From an uncultured Candidatus Poseidoniales archaeon (GTDB taxonomy: Archaea > Thermoplasmatota > Poseidoniia > Poseidoniales > Thalassarchaeaceae): DNA of 64,000 nt. A program made the translations under genes and the position numbers. The stretch spans positions 3,160 through 67,159 of the forward strand of contig CACAAP010000001.1 in assembly GCA_902530535.1 (NCBI GenBank), in the 5' to 3' direction. Positions 38,125 through 46,730 of the stretch are shown here, one piece after another (position 1 is the first letter of the stretch; each line of letters starts with the position of its first letter). Under the pieces are notes generated by a model. The model had not been told where the DNA came from, did no database searches, and saw only the letters and a list, made by a program, of their open reading frames with translations.

Positions 38125-38536
38125 CTACCTCCATCTCGAAGTCTATACTTGCTGAGTTAATGCAGTATCTCTCGCCACCGAATTCAATAGGTCCGTCATC
38201 GAAAACATGACCCAGGTGAGCATCACATGAGCCGCACCTTACTTCTATTCTCAACATTCCATATGATGTGTCGCGTATCCTCTTAATTCCAGCATTTTGA
38301 TCCTCTGTGTGAAATGCTGGCCAGCCACATCTAGAGTCAAACTTCATCTGAGAGGTAAACAGTAAATGTCCGCAGCAAATGCACAGATAATCCCCCTTTC
38401 TGTTCTCCATATAGTGAATTCCTGAATTGGGTGGCTCTGTACCCGCCTCCCTAGTAACGTGATATTGCAGATCTGTGAGCCTTTCTCTCCATTCCGAATC
38501 CCTCTCTGGGTCGAATCTTGGAAGGTCGTCACTCAT
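38111..38536 (-). CDS. msrB: peptide-methionine (R)-S-oxide reductase MsrB
   Basis: 'YLCICCGHLLFTSQMKFDSRCGWPAF', 'EVRCGSCDAHLGHVFDDGP'. The start ATG overlaps the queC stop (ATGA) and the stop overlaps the queD start. Confidence 0.9.
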   Translation of the reverse strand: MSDDLPRFDPERDSEWRERLTDLQYHVTREAGTEPPNSGIHYMENRKGDYLCICCGHLLFTSQMKFDSRCGWPAFHTEDQNAGIKRIRDTSYGMLRIEVRCGSCDAHLGHVFDDGPIEFGGERYCINSASIDFEMEVDDAE

Positions 38537-39312
38537 CTCGACCCACCCTGCCTCTCCTGATCCAATGCATAGTTCAAAACTGAGTCCCAATCGTATACGT
38601 ACTGCAGTGGATCTACTCTTCCTATGGCGTGGAATGCTAGAATTCTTTCAACATCAGCACCGGATCTGCCAGAGCTCCTACCATTTGTGTCTGGATTGTA
38701 CGATGTGTTAGTGTTGGAGAAGACAATGTCGAAATCTAACCCTAGTGAGGTACAGGATTCCAAAGCGTCCTGAAGAATAATCGTCTTGTCAAAAGAGATG
38801 TATGGGAGATGGAAAGAAACGCGGTCGCTGTCCCAGTTTCCAATAGAGAATGCCCTCTCCAGAGACTGGTAAAATTCGGGTCTGCAATCGGGATATATTT
38901 CGTGATCGCCACTATGCACACCTAGGACAATCCTAACTTGGCAGTTCTCAGAAATAGCAGTACTTAGAGCCCGAGCGTATAGTATCGATGAGAAAATAGC
39001 ATTCCTATTTGGGACTACTGTCTGCTTCATTTGCTCGGATTCATAATGCCCCTCTGGAACAACTATGTCTTCGCTAGTCAGTGCGGAATGTAGAGACTGC
39101 ATTGCAGAGCTAAGATCTACAACAAAGTGCTCGACATCATGACCATTCTCTCTCAGATAACTTATGTTGTCTCTAGCTCGATCTATCTCAATGAGGTGCT
39201 TCTGTCCGTAGTCATAGGAAATGCAAGTGATATCATCTCCTTCTGCAATCATCCTCAATAGAAGCGCTGTGCTGTCCATGCCACCAGACAGCGACATTAC
39301 CGACCTATTCAT
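38533..39312 (-). CDS. queC: 7-cyano-7-deazaguanine synthase (QueC-like, lacks the C-terminal Zn-cysteine cluster)
   Basis: PP-loop 'SLSGGMDST', 'PNRNAIF', 'DHEIYPDCRPEF'. The start ATG at 39312 overlaps the queE stop (ATGA). Confidence 0.8.
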   Translation of the reverse strand: MNRSVMSLSGGMDSTALLLRMIAEGDDITCISYDYGQKHLIEIDRARDNISYLRENGHDVEHFVVDLSSAMQSLHSALTSEDIVVPEGHYESEQMKQTVVPNRNAIFSSILYARALSTAISENCQVRIVLGVHSGDHEIYPDCRPEFYQSLERAFSIGNWDSDRVSFHLPYISFDKTIILQDALESCTSLGLDFDIVFSNTNTSYNPDTNGRSSGRSGADVERILAFHAIGRVDPLQYVYDWDSVLNYALDQERQGGSR

Positions 39313-39929
39313 AGTACTCCCATCCACTTATGTGTCTGGAGGCTCAATCGCCAACCAGGACTATCCTTGACCAGTCGCTCTACTATCTGGAAACTCTTGC
39401 CATTTGCCTCAATCGATTCATCCTCGACATAGCAAGGCTGGATATAGAGATGGGTGAAGCCTTTCTTCAATTCATCATACGAAGCCAAGTCTTGTCCGCA
39501 ATATACTACTTTAAGCTCATCACCAGTTCTCTGCTTTAGCGATATATTCGGATATAATTGATCCTTGGGACTAACACATATCCAGTCTACTATAGGGTCG
39601 ACCGGAATTGTTCCATTGGTCTCAATTGAGATGTTGATCCCGTGTTCTTTCAGCCTCTTACCAATGACTGAAAGATCCTGCATCGCAGGCTCCCCACCAG
39701 TGAATATCACTCTGTCGCAGTCGTAGCTCAGTACCTCTTCGATAATCGAATCGATGTCCATATCTTCGAAGGTCATGAAGTCTGTATCGCACCACTCACA
39801 TCTAAGATTACAATTTCCGAATCTGATGAAGACATGCGGAATGCCCGTATGAAACCCTTCTCCTTGAACAGAGTGGAAAATCTCGACGATTGGATATTTT
39901 TGCAGATAATCACCCGTGCAAATTTCCAC
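39309..39929 (-). CDS. queE: 7-carboxy-7-deazaguanine synthase (radical SAM)
   Basis: 'EIFHSVQGEGFHTGIPHVFIRFGNCNLRCEWCDT'. Confidence 0.85.
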   Translation of the reverse strand: MEICTGDYLQKYPIVEIFHSVQGEGFHTGIPHVFIRFGNCNLRCEWCDTDFMTFEDMDIDSIIEEVLSYDCDRVIFTGGEPAMQDLSVIGKRLKEHGINISIETNGTIPVDPIVDWICVSPKDQLYPNISLKQRTGDELKVVYCGQDLASYDELKKGFTHLYIQPCYVEDESIEANGKSFQIVERLVKDSPGWRLSLQTHKWMGVL

Positions 39930-40497
39930 TTCTGATAAGTTGTAATACCTCTGTTCTAGCCTCCTGTTTATCGAAGAAGACGCCTCGCATAGCGCTAGTT
40001 GTCATAATTGAATTCTGCTTTCTGACTCCTCTGCACTTCATGCATCCATGTTGGGCCTCCAGAATAACAGCGCAGCCAAGAGGACTGAGATTCTCAACAA
40101 TATCATCCGCAACAGATTGTGTAATTCGCTCTTGGTTTTGAAGTCTATTAGAATGCATATCAAGAAGTCTAGCTAGCTTGCTAATGCCTACTATTCTATC
40201 CAATGGAATGTATGCGATATGGCCCTTACCAGAAAATGGTTGAAGATGATGCTCACAGGTACTGTGAAACTCCATATCCCTTAGCAGGACTATCCCATCG
40301 TAGCCTTCGGCATTGAACGTAGAGTCCAGAATTTCACTGGCATCGTCTGAGTATCCGCTGAATATCTCCTCGTATGACTGGACCACTCTTTCGGGCGTAT
40401 TCTCAAGTCCTTCCCTAAGATCTGATCCACACTGTTCTATGTAGCGAACAATAGTCTCAATTGCTTCCATCGCCTCTTCTTTATCGGGTAATTTCAC
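39910..40497 (-). CDS. folE: GTP cyclohydrolase I
   Basis: 'FHSTCEHHLQPFSGKGHIAYIP', 'VILEAQHGCMKCRGV'. GTG start preceded by GGGAGGTGA. Confidence 0.9.
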   Translation of the reverse strand: MKLPDKEEAMEAIETIVRYIEQCGSDLREGLENTPERVVQSYEEIFSGYSDDASEILDSTFNAEGYDGIVLLRDMEFHSTCEHHLQPFSGKGHIAYIPLDRIVGISKLARLLDMHSNRLQNQERITQSVADDIVENLSPLGCAVILEAQHGCMKCRGVRKQNSIMTTSAMRGVFFDKQEARTEVLQLIRSGNLHG

Positions 40498-40501
40498 TCA
40501 T

Positions 40502-40663
40502 TCACCTCCCATGTCTTGCGTCAATTTCGTCCAACTGATCCAACATCTTCCTACATGCAGTTCTAATTGCGTCGGCTAAACTGACGAATTTCTTTGAGTC
40601 GCCGACATGATTCTTCAGATCAGAAACAATCTCGCTGGGCATGTCTAGGCTGATCTTCGGCAT
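40502..40663 (-). CDS. 53-aa ribbon-helix-helix (CopG/Arc-like) protein, absent from ORF track
   Basis: Own translation: MPKISLDMPSEIVSDLKNHVGDSKKFVSLADAIRTACRKMLDQLDEIDARHGR. The layout is a beta-strand (KISLDMP) followed by two helices. It sits 4 nt upstream of folE. Confidence 0.5.
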   Translation of the reverse strand: MPKISLDMPSEIVSDLKNHVGDSKKFVSLADAIRTACRKMLDQLDEIDARHGR

Positions 40664-40691
40664 GCTTGTGCGGAAAAAGGCCTAGATATAA

Positions 40692-40707
40692 TATTACTCG
40701 AGTAATA
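40692..40707. promoter_or_regulatory. perfect 16-bp palindrome TATTACTCGAGTAATA, candidate operator overlapping a TATA-like element
   Basis: Located 29-44 nt upstream of the RHH ATG. On the coding strand it is followed by TAATATTATAT. Confidence 0.35.
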
Positions 40708-40715
40708 CCATAGTA

Positions 40716-41018
40716 TTATTTTCGTAGATTCTCGACCTTCTTATCCAAACCTGGGTACTTCTCCTCGAGTAGGTGAGCTCTAGATTTTAGGGCCTCTAAC
40801 TGGGAGAAAGCCTCATCTTCAGAAATTCCTTGTGAGATTAGATTCAATAGAAGTGATAATCCGCCCTGAATTGTTCCAGCATCCAGGAAAGCGTCATTGG
40901 ATATTTTGCTTGTTGCTCTAAGAACTTCAAGAGAGTCTCTGACAAAATCTCTCTGTTCCTCGATCATTCGTACGGAGGAATTGCCTAGTGATTCTATCCT
41001 GTCTAGAGTACTAATCAT
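40716..41018 (-). CDS. hypothetical 100-aa helical protein
   Basis: ORF co-oriented with, and 34 nt downstream of, the epimerase gene. No motif recognised. Confidence 0.4.
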   Translation of the reverse strand: MISTLDRIESLGNSSVRMIEEQRDFVRDSLEVLRATSKISNDAFLDAGTIQGGLSLLLNLISQGISEDEAFSQLEALKSRAHLLEEKYPGLDKKVENLRK

Positions 41019-41052
41019 AGTACTCCGAAATAGATTTGCTTTTTGATGATTC

Positions 41053-41460
41053 TCACTTGTTCGATTCGACGAGTTCTATCAAAACTCCGCCTGCTGAAGA
41101 AGGATGGACAAAGGCAATTCTATGGCCATCTGCACCGAGAGTTGGTGCTTCCGAGACCATTTTCACTCCAGCGCTGAGCAAACTCGAGATTGTTTCTTCT
41201 ATATCTGCTACTCTAACTGCTATTTGCTGTACTCCCGGTCCATTCTTGGAAATGTACTTCCCGACGGGGGTATCATCCCCTAATGGTTCCAATAATTCGA
41301 TTCTTGTGGAAGTATTTCCGTGCATGAATCTGATTTTGACGCCTTGCTCAGAATTTATCTGATCATCCCCCTGTGTGAATCCCAAGATAGTCCAGAGTTG
41401 TTGCGACTCATCGAGTGAGGAAGTTGCAATTCCTATATGGTCAATCATTCCGTCTGTCAT
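41053..41460 (-). CDS. mce: methylmalonyl-CoA epimerase (VOC/glyoxalase fold)
   Basis: 'IDHIGIATSSLDES', 'RIAFVHPSSAGGVLIELVE'. Abuts the mutase stop. Confidence 0.8.
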   Translation of the reverse strand: MTDGMIDHIGIATSSLDESQQLWTILGFTQGDDQINSEQGVKIRFMHGNTSTRIELLEPLGDDTPVGKYISKNGPGVQQIAVRVADIEETISSLLSAGVKMVSEAPTLGADGHRIAFVHPSSAGGVLIELVESNK

Positions 41461-43026
41461 TCAAACACCACTAGGCGAAACCCATGTTCCAAACTCTTCT
41501 CTGAGTACTGAGTTAATCTCTCCAACTGTAGCTTCAACCTTTACTGCACTGATTATCGGATCCATGAGATTTGAGTCACTTCTACAGCTTTCTCTAATTG
41601 ATTGCAGAGAATCGTCAACTAGAGATTGGTCCCTATTTTTCTTCATCTCTGACAATTCGGAAGCCTTTCGTAGTTCTGCATCTGTATCGAGGACCAATCC
41701 CTCAAAATCTAGATCAGCTTCATTGACATGAGAATTGACGCCAACGACGAGTTCGTCTCCATTCTCTACCCTTTGTAAATGAGTCCAAGCGCTTTCATGA
41801 ATGGCCCTCTGTTGGAAGCCAGATTTTACACATTCCATTGCACCCCCGAGTGACTCTATTTCGTTAATCATATTTCTCGAATCTTCGATTAGCGAATCTG
41901 TCATAGTCTCAATCACTATAGAACCGCCTAGGGGATCCGCATGTTCCCTGATTCCGGTCTCTTCTGCGATAATCTGCTGTGTGCGCAGGGCAATTCTAGC
42001 AGATTCTTCGGTAGGTAAACCAAGTGCTTCATCGAAGCTGTTAGTGTGTAGTGATTGAGTTCCTCCGAATACAGATGCCAGTGCCTGATATGATACTCTA
42101 ATTGCGTTGTTCATTGGCTGTTGTGCCGTGAGTGTGACTCCTGATGTTTGAGTATGAAATCTAAGTTGGGATGACTTTGGATTGGATGGTGAGAATTCGT
42201 TTTCGACCATCTCGTACCAAAGCTGTCTGGCCGCCCTAAACTTGCTTACCTCCTCTAGGAAGTTGTTATGACATGCGAAGAAGAAGGAGATTCTTGGTGC
42301 AAAATCGTCTACATCCATCCCTTTATTGATTGCCTGTCTGACATAATAAATCGCGTTTGATAATGTCATAGCAATTTCCTGAACGGCCGTACATCCTGCC
42401 TCTCTCATATGATATCCGCTAATTGAAATTGTATTCCATCTGGGGGCATTTGAGGCGCACCATGCAATTAAGTCCGTAGTCAAGCGTATGGATGGATCGG
42501 GGGGGAAAATGTACAACCCCCTAGAAATGTATTCTTTCAGGATGTCATTCTGAACTGTTCCAGAAAGATCAGAGCTTGGAATTCCCTTCTCTTCTGCCAC
42601 TGATACGTATAGGGCGAGTAGCGTAGTTGCTGGAGCATTGATTGTCATGGAGGTGGATATTGAAGACATTTCTATATCTTCGAATAGCTGCCTCATGTCG
42701 TGAATTGAGTCTATTGCAACCCCTACCTTACCAACCTCCCCTGAGGAAAGTGGGTCATCTGAGTCCAAGCCTAATTGTGTGGGTAAATCAAATGCTACTG
42801 ATAGTCCTGTTTGTCCATTTTCGAGGAGTCTTCTAAATCGAGAATTAGTCTCACTGGGTGACGAAAAACCAGCATACTGCCTCATTGTCCATAGTCTATC
42901 GGCATACATTCCAGGATGGATGCCCCTCCTATATGGTGGATCTCCTGAAGAGCCCGGATTGGAGGAATAATCAGAAGCGTCGATTGTTGACATGGATATG
43001 CCAAGTGGTGACATCCCAAGAACCAT
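41461..43026 (-). CDS. mcmA: methylmalonyl-CoA mutase, catalytic (large) subunit
   Basis: 'PPYRRGIHPGMYADRLWTMRQYAGFSSPSETNSRFRRLLENGQTGLSVAFDLPTQLGLDSD'. Start set at the ATG at 43026 (43065 would overlap the upstream gene). No B12-binding domain is present in this ORF. Confidence 0.9.
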   Translation of the reverse strand: MVLGMSPLGISMSTIDASDYSSNPGSSGDPPYRRGIHPGMYADRLWTMRQYAGFSSPSETNSRFRRLLENGQTGLSVAFDLPTQLGLDSDDPLSSGEVGKVGVAIDSIHDMRQLFEDIEMSSISTSMTINAPATTLLALYVSVAEEKGIPSSDLSGTVQNDILKEYISRGLYIFPPDPSIRLTTDLIAWCASNAPRWNTISISGYHMREAGCTAVQEIAMTLSNAIYYVRQAINKGMDVDDFAPRISFFFACHNNFLEEVSKFRAARQLWYEMVENEFSPSNPKSSQLRFHTQTSGVTLTAQQPMNNAIRVSYQALASVFGGTQSLHTNSFDEALGLPTEESARIALRTQQIIAEETGIREHADPLGGSIVIETMTDSLIEDSRNMINEIESLGGAMECVKSGFQQRAIHESAWTHLQRVENGDELVVGVNSHVNEADLDFEGLVLDTDAELRKASELSEMKKNRDQSLVDDSLQSIRESCRSDSNLMDPIISAVKVEATVGEINSVLREEFGTWVSPSGV

Positions 43027-43033
43027 TCTCAGG

Positions 43034-43906
43034 CTACCGTCGGATTGTATAACCGTCCACGACACTCTCTAAAGATTTCATTTGGTTATCATCTATGATG
43101 CCCTCATCTAGCTTCTCCTGCAGGAAATCCTTGGCCTCCTTGGTAGTCTGCCTCTCACCTCTGGCCCATATTGTCGCTAAGAGATTTGAACGAAACTCCT
43201 CTGAGACACCAATTTCTACAAGGAGCCCTCGCATCTCATACTTGTACTCCATGTGTCTGCTTCTATCCAGTCTTCGAGCACGGTTGGCAGGCTGATATGA
43301 TGATGTCTTGCTACGGAATTTTTTCTGAGGTTTCTTAGGCTCGGTTTTAGTTTCCGATGGGCTTTTCTTGGAAATACTACTTGTTTTTTCTTTCTCTGCT
43401 GCAAGTGAGGCCCTTAGTATGCTATCTTCAATTATCTGCCTAGCCTTCAGACTTTTACCGGAGTCTTCGACCTTAGGTTCCACTTTGGTTGTAATTTCAG
43501 CAGACTTCTTTTTCGACTTCGTTGATTTTTTCTCCTGAGATATCTCTTCAACTTTTTTTACAGCCAGAATCTGGCTCTCTAGTATTGTTTCCTCAGGCTC
43601 TGTAATTTGAGGATCAGCTGATTGCTCTTCTGCCTCTACGGAATCAGTTTGTTGATCCTGCTTAACTTGCTTAATTGTAGAAGGTTTTGGCTTTGGCACG
43701 GGTTTGGGCCTAGAACCAGGTGCAGATGGGGGGGCTGCTCTTGGTGACCTAGGTTTGGGCGATTTTGGTTTAGAAATACTACCTGATTTTGCCTTAGAAG
43801 ATGTCTGTGAAGTTGCTCCGAAGATGTTCTTCGGTGCTGCCTTCTTCCTCCTTCTCCTCTGCACTGTGTAATCAACCCTCATTCCACCGGCCCTAAGGAC
43901 TCTCAT
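43034..43906 (-). CDS. hypothetical basic protein: K/P/S-rich low-complexity region plus about 80-aa helical C-terminal domain
   Basis: 'KPKSPKPRSPRAAPPSAPGSRPKPVPKPKPS' and 'KKSTKSKKKSAE' tracts. The C-terminus is 'YKYEMRGLLVEIGVSEEFRSNLLATIWARGERQTTKEAKDFLQEKLDEG'. Confidence 0.5.
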   Translation of the reverse strand: MRVLRAGGMRVDYTVQRRRRKKAAPKNIFGATSQTSSKAKSGSISKPKSPKPRSPRAAPPSAPGSRPKPVPKPKPSTIKQVKQDQQTDSVEAEEQSADPQITEPEETILESQILAVKKVEEISQEKKSTKSKKKSAEITTKVEPKVEDSGKSLKARQIIEDSILRASLAAEKEKTSSISKKSPSETKTEPKKPQKKFRSKTSSYQPANRARRLDRSRHMEYKYEMRGLLVEIGVSEEFRSNLLATIWARGERQTTKEAKDFLQEKLDEGIIDDNQMKSLESVVDGYTIRR

Positions 43907-43921
43907 AAGAGTTCGCGACTA

Positions 43922-44929
43922 TCATGACCAAACTACTGCGGTGTTATCGGTTCTAAGTGATGGGTCGATTCCACTGTCCATTAGTTCTGTTTCTAATCCA
44001 CATTCAAACATTCTACGCCCCAACTCGGCAATCATAGTGCCGTTATCAATACAGTATGGCTTATCGGGCCAGAAACATTCTGCACCTCTATCTTCACACA
44101 TCATTTTACTCATTTTTCTAAGTCGCTCATTACAGGCAACTCCTCCACCGAGCAAAAGCTCATCCTTGCCCGTATGCGCTAATGCCCTCTCGGCTACTTC
44201 TACGCAAGTCGCGAATGAATGTTCCTGGAGAGACCAACAAACTTCTCCCAGGGACTTGCCCTCGGCAACTTTCTGTACCGCTGATGTAAGCATCCCCGAG
44301 AATGCCAAATCCATTCCGTGAACCCCATATGGCAATAATACATCATCGAGACTGGTATCACCTTTCTCAGAAAACTCATTTGATAATTTTTCAATTTCGG
44401 GCCCGCCCGGGAATGGGATGCCCTGAGTTCTGGCGAATTTGTCTAGCATATTTCCAATTCCAATGTCAAGTGTTTCTCCTAGAACTCTATACCTTCCGTC
44501 CGCTCTAGCGATTACTTGCGTATTCCCGCCACTGACATATAGCAAAACAGGGTCTTTGCAACCAGTTTGGTTTCTACCTACCTCTATATGAGCAACGCAG
44601 TGATTGACCCCTAATAGTGGTACAGAGAGTCTCGTAGATAGAGTTCTAGCCACAGATGCACCGACACGAAGGCATGGTCCTAAACCTGGACCTTGACTGA
44701 AGGCTACTGCAATAATTGAATCCCAAGAAAAATCTTCAGAGCTAGACAGCCTCTCTAACAATAGGGATGTGGTCTCAGAATGATGATCAGCGGCTTCTCT
44801 TGGATGTATCCCCCCCTCCTCTGGACGATAAAGGGATGAAAATGAAGGGAATAGTTCGCCAGAGGTGCTCACTCTTCCAAAAGAGAAGGTGTGGGCGGTG
44901 CTTTCTATTCCTAAAATAATGCCGTCCAC
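43922..44929 (-). CDS. kae1: tRNA N6-adenosine threonylcarbamoyltransferase Kae1 (KEOPS catalytic subunit)
   Basis: 'ILGIESTAHTFSFG', 'GVNHCVAHIE', 'LYVSGGNTQV', 'LLGGGVACNERLR'. No Bud32 kinase domain is fused. Confidence 0.9.
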   Translation of the reverse strand: MDGIILGIESTAHTFSFGRVSTSGELFPSFSSLYRPEEGGIHPREAADHHSETTSLLLERLSSSEDFSWDSIIAVAFSQGPGLGPCLRVGASVARTLSTRLSVPLLGVNHCVAHIEVGRNQTGCKDPVLLYVSGGNTQVIARADGRYRVLGETLDIGIGNMLDKFARTQGIPFPGGPEIEKLSNEFSEKGDTSLDDVLLPYGVHGMDLAFSGMLTSAVQKVAEGKSLGEVCWSLQEHSFATCVEVAERALAHTGKDELLLGGGVACNERLRKMSKMMCEDRGAECFWPDKPYCIDNGTMIAELGRRMFECGLETELMDSGIDPSLRTDNTAVVWS

Positions 44930-44979
44930 GAACCCCGGACGAGCGGGAGTTCTTTCAACTATCGGAATTTGGACCCATC

Positions 44980-46278
44980 ATGAGGACTATCTTACACAAC
45001 TGTGGAGAGATAGCACACCTTTCTACTGGAGACGATGAGGACCCCCTTTCTGGGGAGAGGCTACTCGACAGAGAGTCACTGGTTCATCCTGCAGGTATGG
45101 CTATAATGATCAGTGGCGGAATTGTTCAGAAAATAGCCCCTTCCGATGAGGTTTTGTCAGAGTTTGCACCCTGGTACCGTACAAATAGCGCAAGTACGGA
45201 TGTAGAAGTGATAGATATCGGGGAGATGTCAGTAGTACCTGGTTTTGTTGACAGTCACACCCACCTGCCATGGTCTGGAGATAGGACAAACGAGCTTGCC
45301 ATGAGATTGAGGGGTAAGACATATCGGGAAATCGCCCAATCTGGAGGGGGGATAATGAAGACGGTAAGCCATACCAGAAGTACGCCTAAACGAAACCTGG
45401 TAGCTAGTGGAATATCTCGTGTGCAGGAATGTATGCGTAATGGAACGACAACCTTGGAGGCGAAGAGCGGGTATGGATTGGACTTGGATTCTGAAGTAAA
45501 ATTATTAGAGGCAATTTCTGAAATAGATCGTTCCACTGCTATAGACATAAGGGCAACATGGCTGGGTGCACATGATTTCCCCCCAGAGATGGGGAGGGAG
45601 GATTATGTTGAGCACCTAATTTCTGATCAACTACCTGTAATTTCCGAGCTCTCTCTGGCAAGATGGGTAGATGTATTCTGTGAACAAGGCTGGTTCACTA
45701 ACGAGCAGACAGAAGATATAGTCAAGGCCTCGAAGGACTATGGGATGAAATCGAGATTGCATGTGGATGAATTCGTAGATAGTGGGGGTCTCGCTCTGGC
45801 TGCTGAGCTTGGATCGGTTAGCGCTGATCACGTTGCATGTTCGAACGATGATTCTAGAGTCAGTGCAGCGGAATCCGGAACAGTGCAAACATTTCTTCCC
45901 GGAACACCCTATGTCCTGGGAAAGAGTCTAGAGTTACCGATAAAAAAGTGCATTACTGAAGATTGGCCTTTTTCCATAGCCACTGACTTTAATCCAAATT
46001 GTCCGATTACCTCACTTCCATTGATTGGAAGTTTCGTAACGCACAGATTAGGGGTTGATCCCATAGCAAGTTTAGTTGCAGTCACTAGGAACCCCGCAAC
46101 AACAATGTTTGATGAAGAGGAGCCACGAGGAGTTATATCAGAAGGAAGCATTGCAGACATGAATGTCCTCTGGTCTTCTTCTGCAGACTCATGGTGTCAG
46201 ACTCCGGGATCTTCACCTGTCAGAGATACGATCAAAAATGGCATTATTGTAAACTCGAACAAGACTTATGGATACTAA
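44980..46278 (+). CDS. hutI: imidazolonepropionase
   Basis: 'VVPGFVDSHTHLPWSGDR', 'LHVDEF', 'SADHV', 'ATDFNPN'. Confidence 0.85.
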   Translation: MRTILHNCGEIAHLSTGDDEDPLSGERLLDRESLVHPAGMAIMISGGIVQKIAPSDEVLSEFAPWYRTNSASTDVEVIDIGEMSVVPGFVDSHTHLPWSGDRTNELAMRLRGKTYREIAQSGGGIMKTVSHTRSTPKRNLVASGISRVQECMRNGTTTLEAKSGYGLDLDSEVKLLEAISEIDRSTAIDIRATWLGAHDFPPEMGREDYVEHLISDQLPVISELSLARWVDVFCEQGWFTNEQTEDIVKASKDYGMKSRLHVDEFVDSGGLALAAELGSVSADHVACSNDDSRVSAAESGTVQTFLPGTPYVLGKSLELPIKKCITEDWPFSIATDFNPNCPITSLPLIGSFVTHRLGVDPIASLVAVTRNPATTMFDEEEPRGVISEGSIADMNVLWSSSADSWCQTPGSSPVRDTIKNGIIVNSNKTYGY

Positions 46279-46529
46279 CAGTGAATAATAATAATATCTA
46301 TACGACTATTCTAATAAAATCATATTTTCTAGATTCTTTCCTCAGAAAATTACGTAATCACGCAAAAATATCGCCTGATATTGTGCCGATAACATAGGTT
46401 ATCAGAATTCTTTTTTACTATATTTGCGATAATATGCTCTCAGTATAGCGATTTGTGAAAAAATATAAAATTTAACCAAATAACCCCTACTATATCAAAA
46501 ATTGAATACTTGAATGACTACCACACCAT
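46279..46529. other. 251-bp AT-rich intergenic spacer with TATA-like runs and short inverted repeats
   Basis: Visibly much more AT-rich than the flanks. Contains AAAAAATATAAAATTT (46458-46473) and GATAAC-N4-GTTATC (46388-46403). Confidence 0.6.
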
Positions 46530-46685
46530 ATGGCATCGGAGCATAGTGGATTCTGCATGAAATGTAAGAGCTACGTAAGAGTCTCCGGACCAGAGTTGAT
46601 CAAGATGAGTAATGGCAGAACCAGGGTTGCAGGGAGATGTTCAATTTCAGGTTGTGATGGAAGAATCTCAAAAATTGTCTCATGA
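46530..46685 (+). CDS. 51-aa zinc-ribbon protein (DUF5679-like), absent from ORF track
   Basis: Own translation: MASEHSGFCMKCKSYVRVSGPELIKMSNGRTRVAGRCSISGCDGRISKIVS. The CxxC...CxxxC pattern and the 'MKNGR..xxGxC' layout resemble DUF5679. Confidence 0.5.
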   Translation: MASEHSGFCMKCKSYVRVSGPELIKMSNGRTRVAGRCSISGCDGRISKIVS

Positions 46686-46730
46686 GGCATCAGAATCATT
46701 CTTGTGTGTGTTTCAATTCGAAGGAGAGCC

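Noticed and set aside
37669-40497. folE-queE-queC-queD cluster as a Dpd-type 7-deazaguanine DNA-modification/defence island
   Set aside because: No TGT/DpdA-like transglycosylase, helicase or nuclease genes are nearby. In an archaeon the cluster is fully explained by preQ0 supply for archaeosine in tRNA.
46279-46529. AT-rich spacer as a replication origin
   Set aside because: No orc1/cdc6 gene is adjacent and I could not find repeated ORB-like elements, only short unrelated inverted repeats. A promoter/spacer is the simpler reading.
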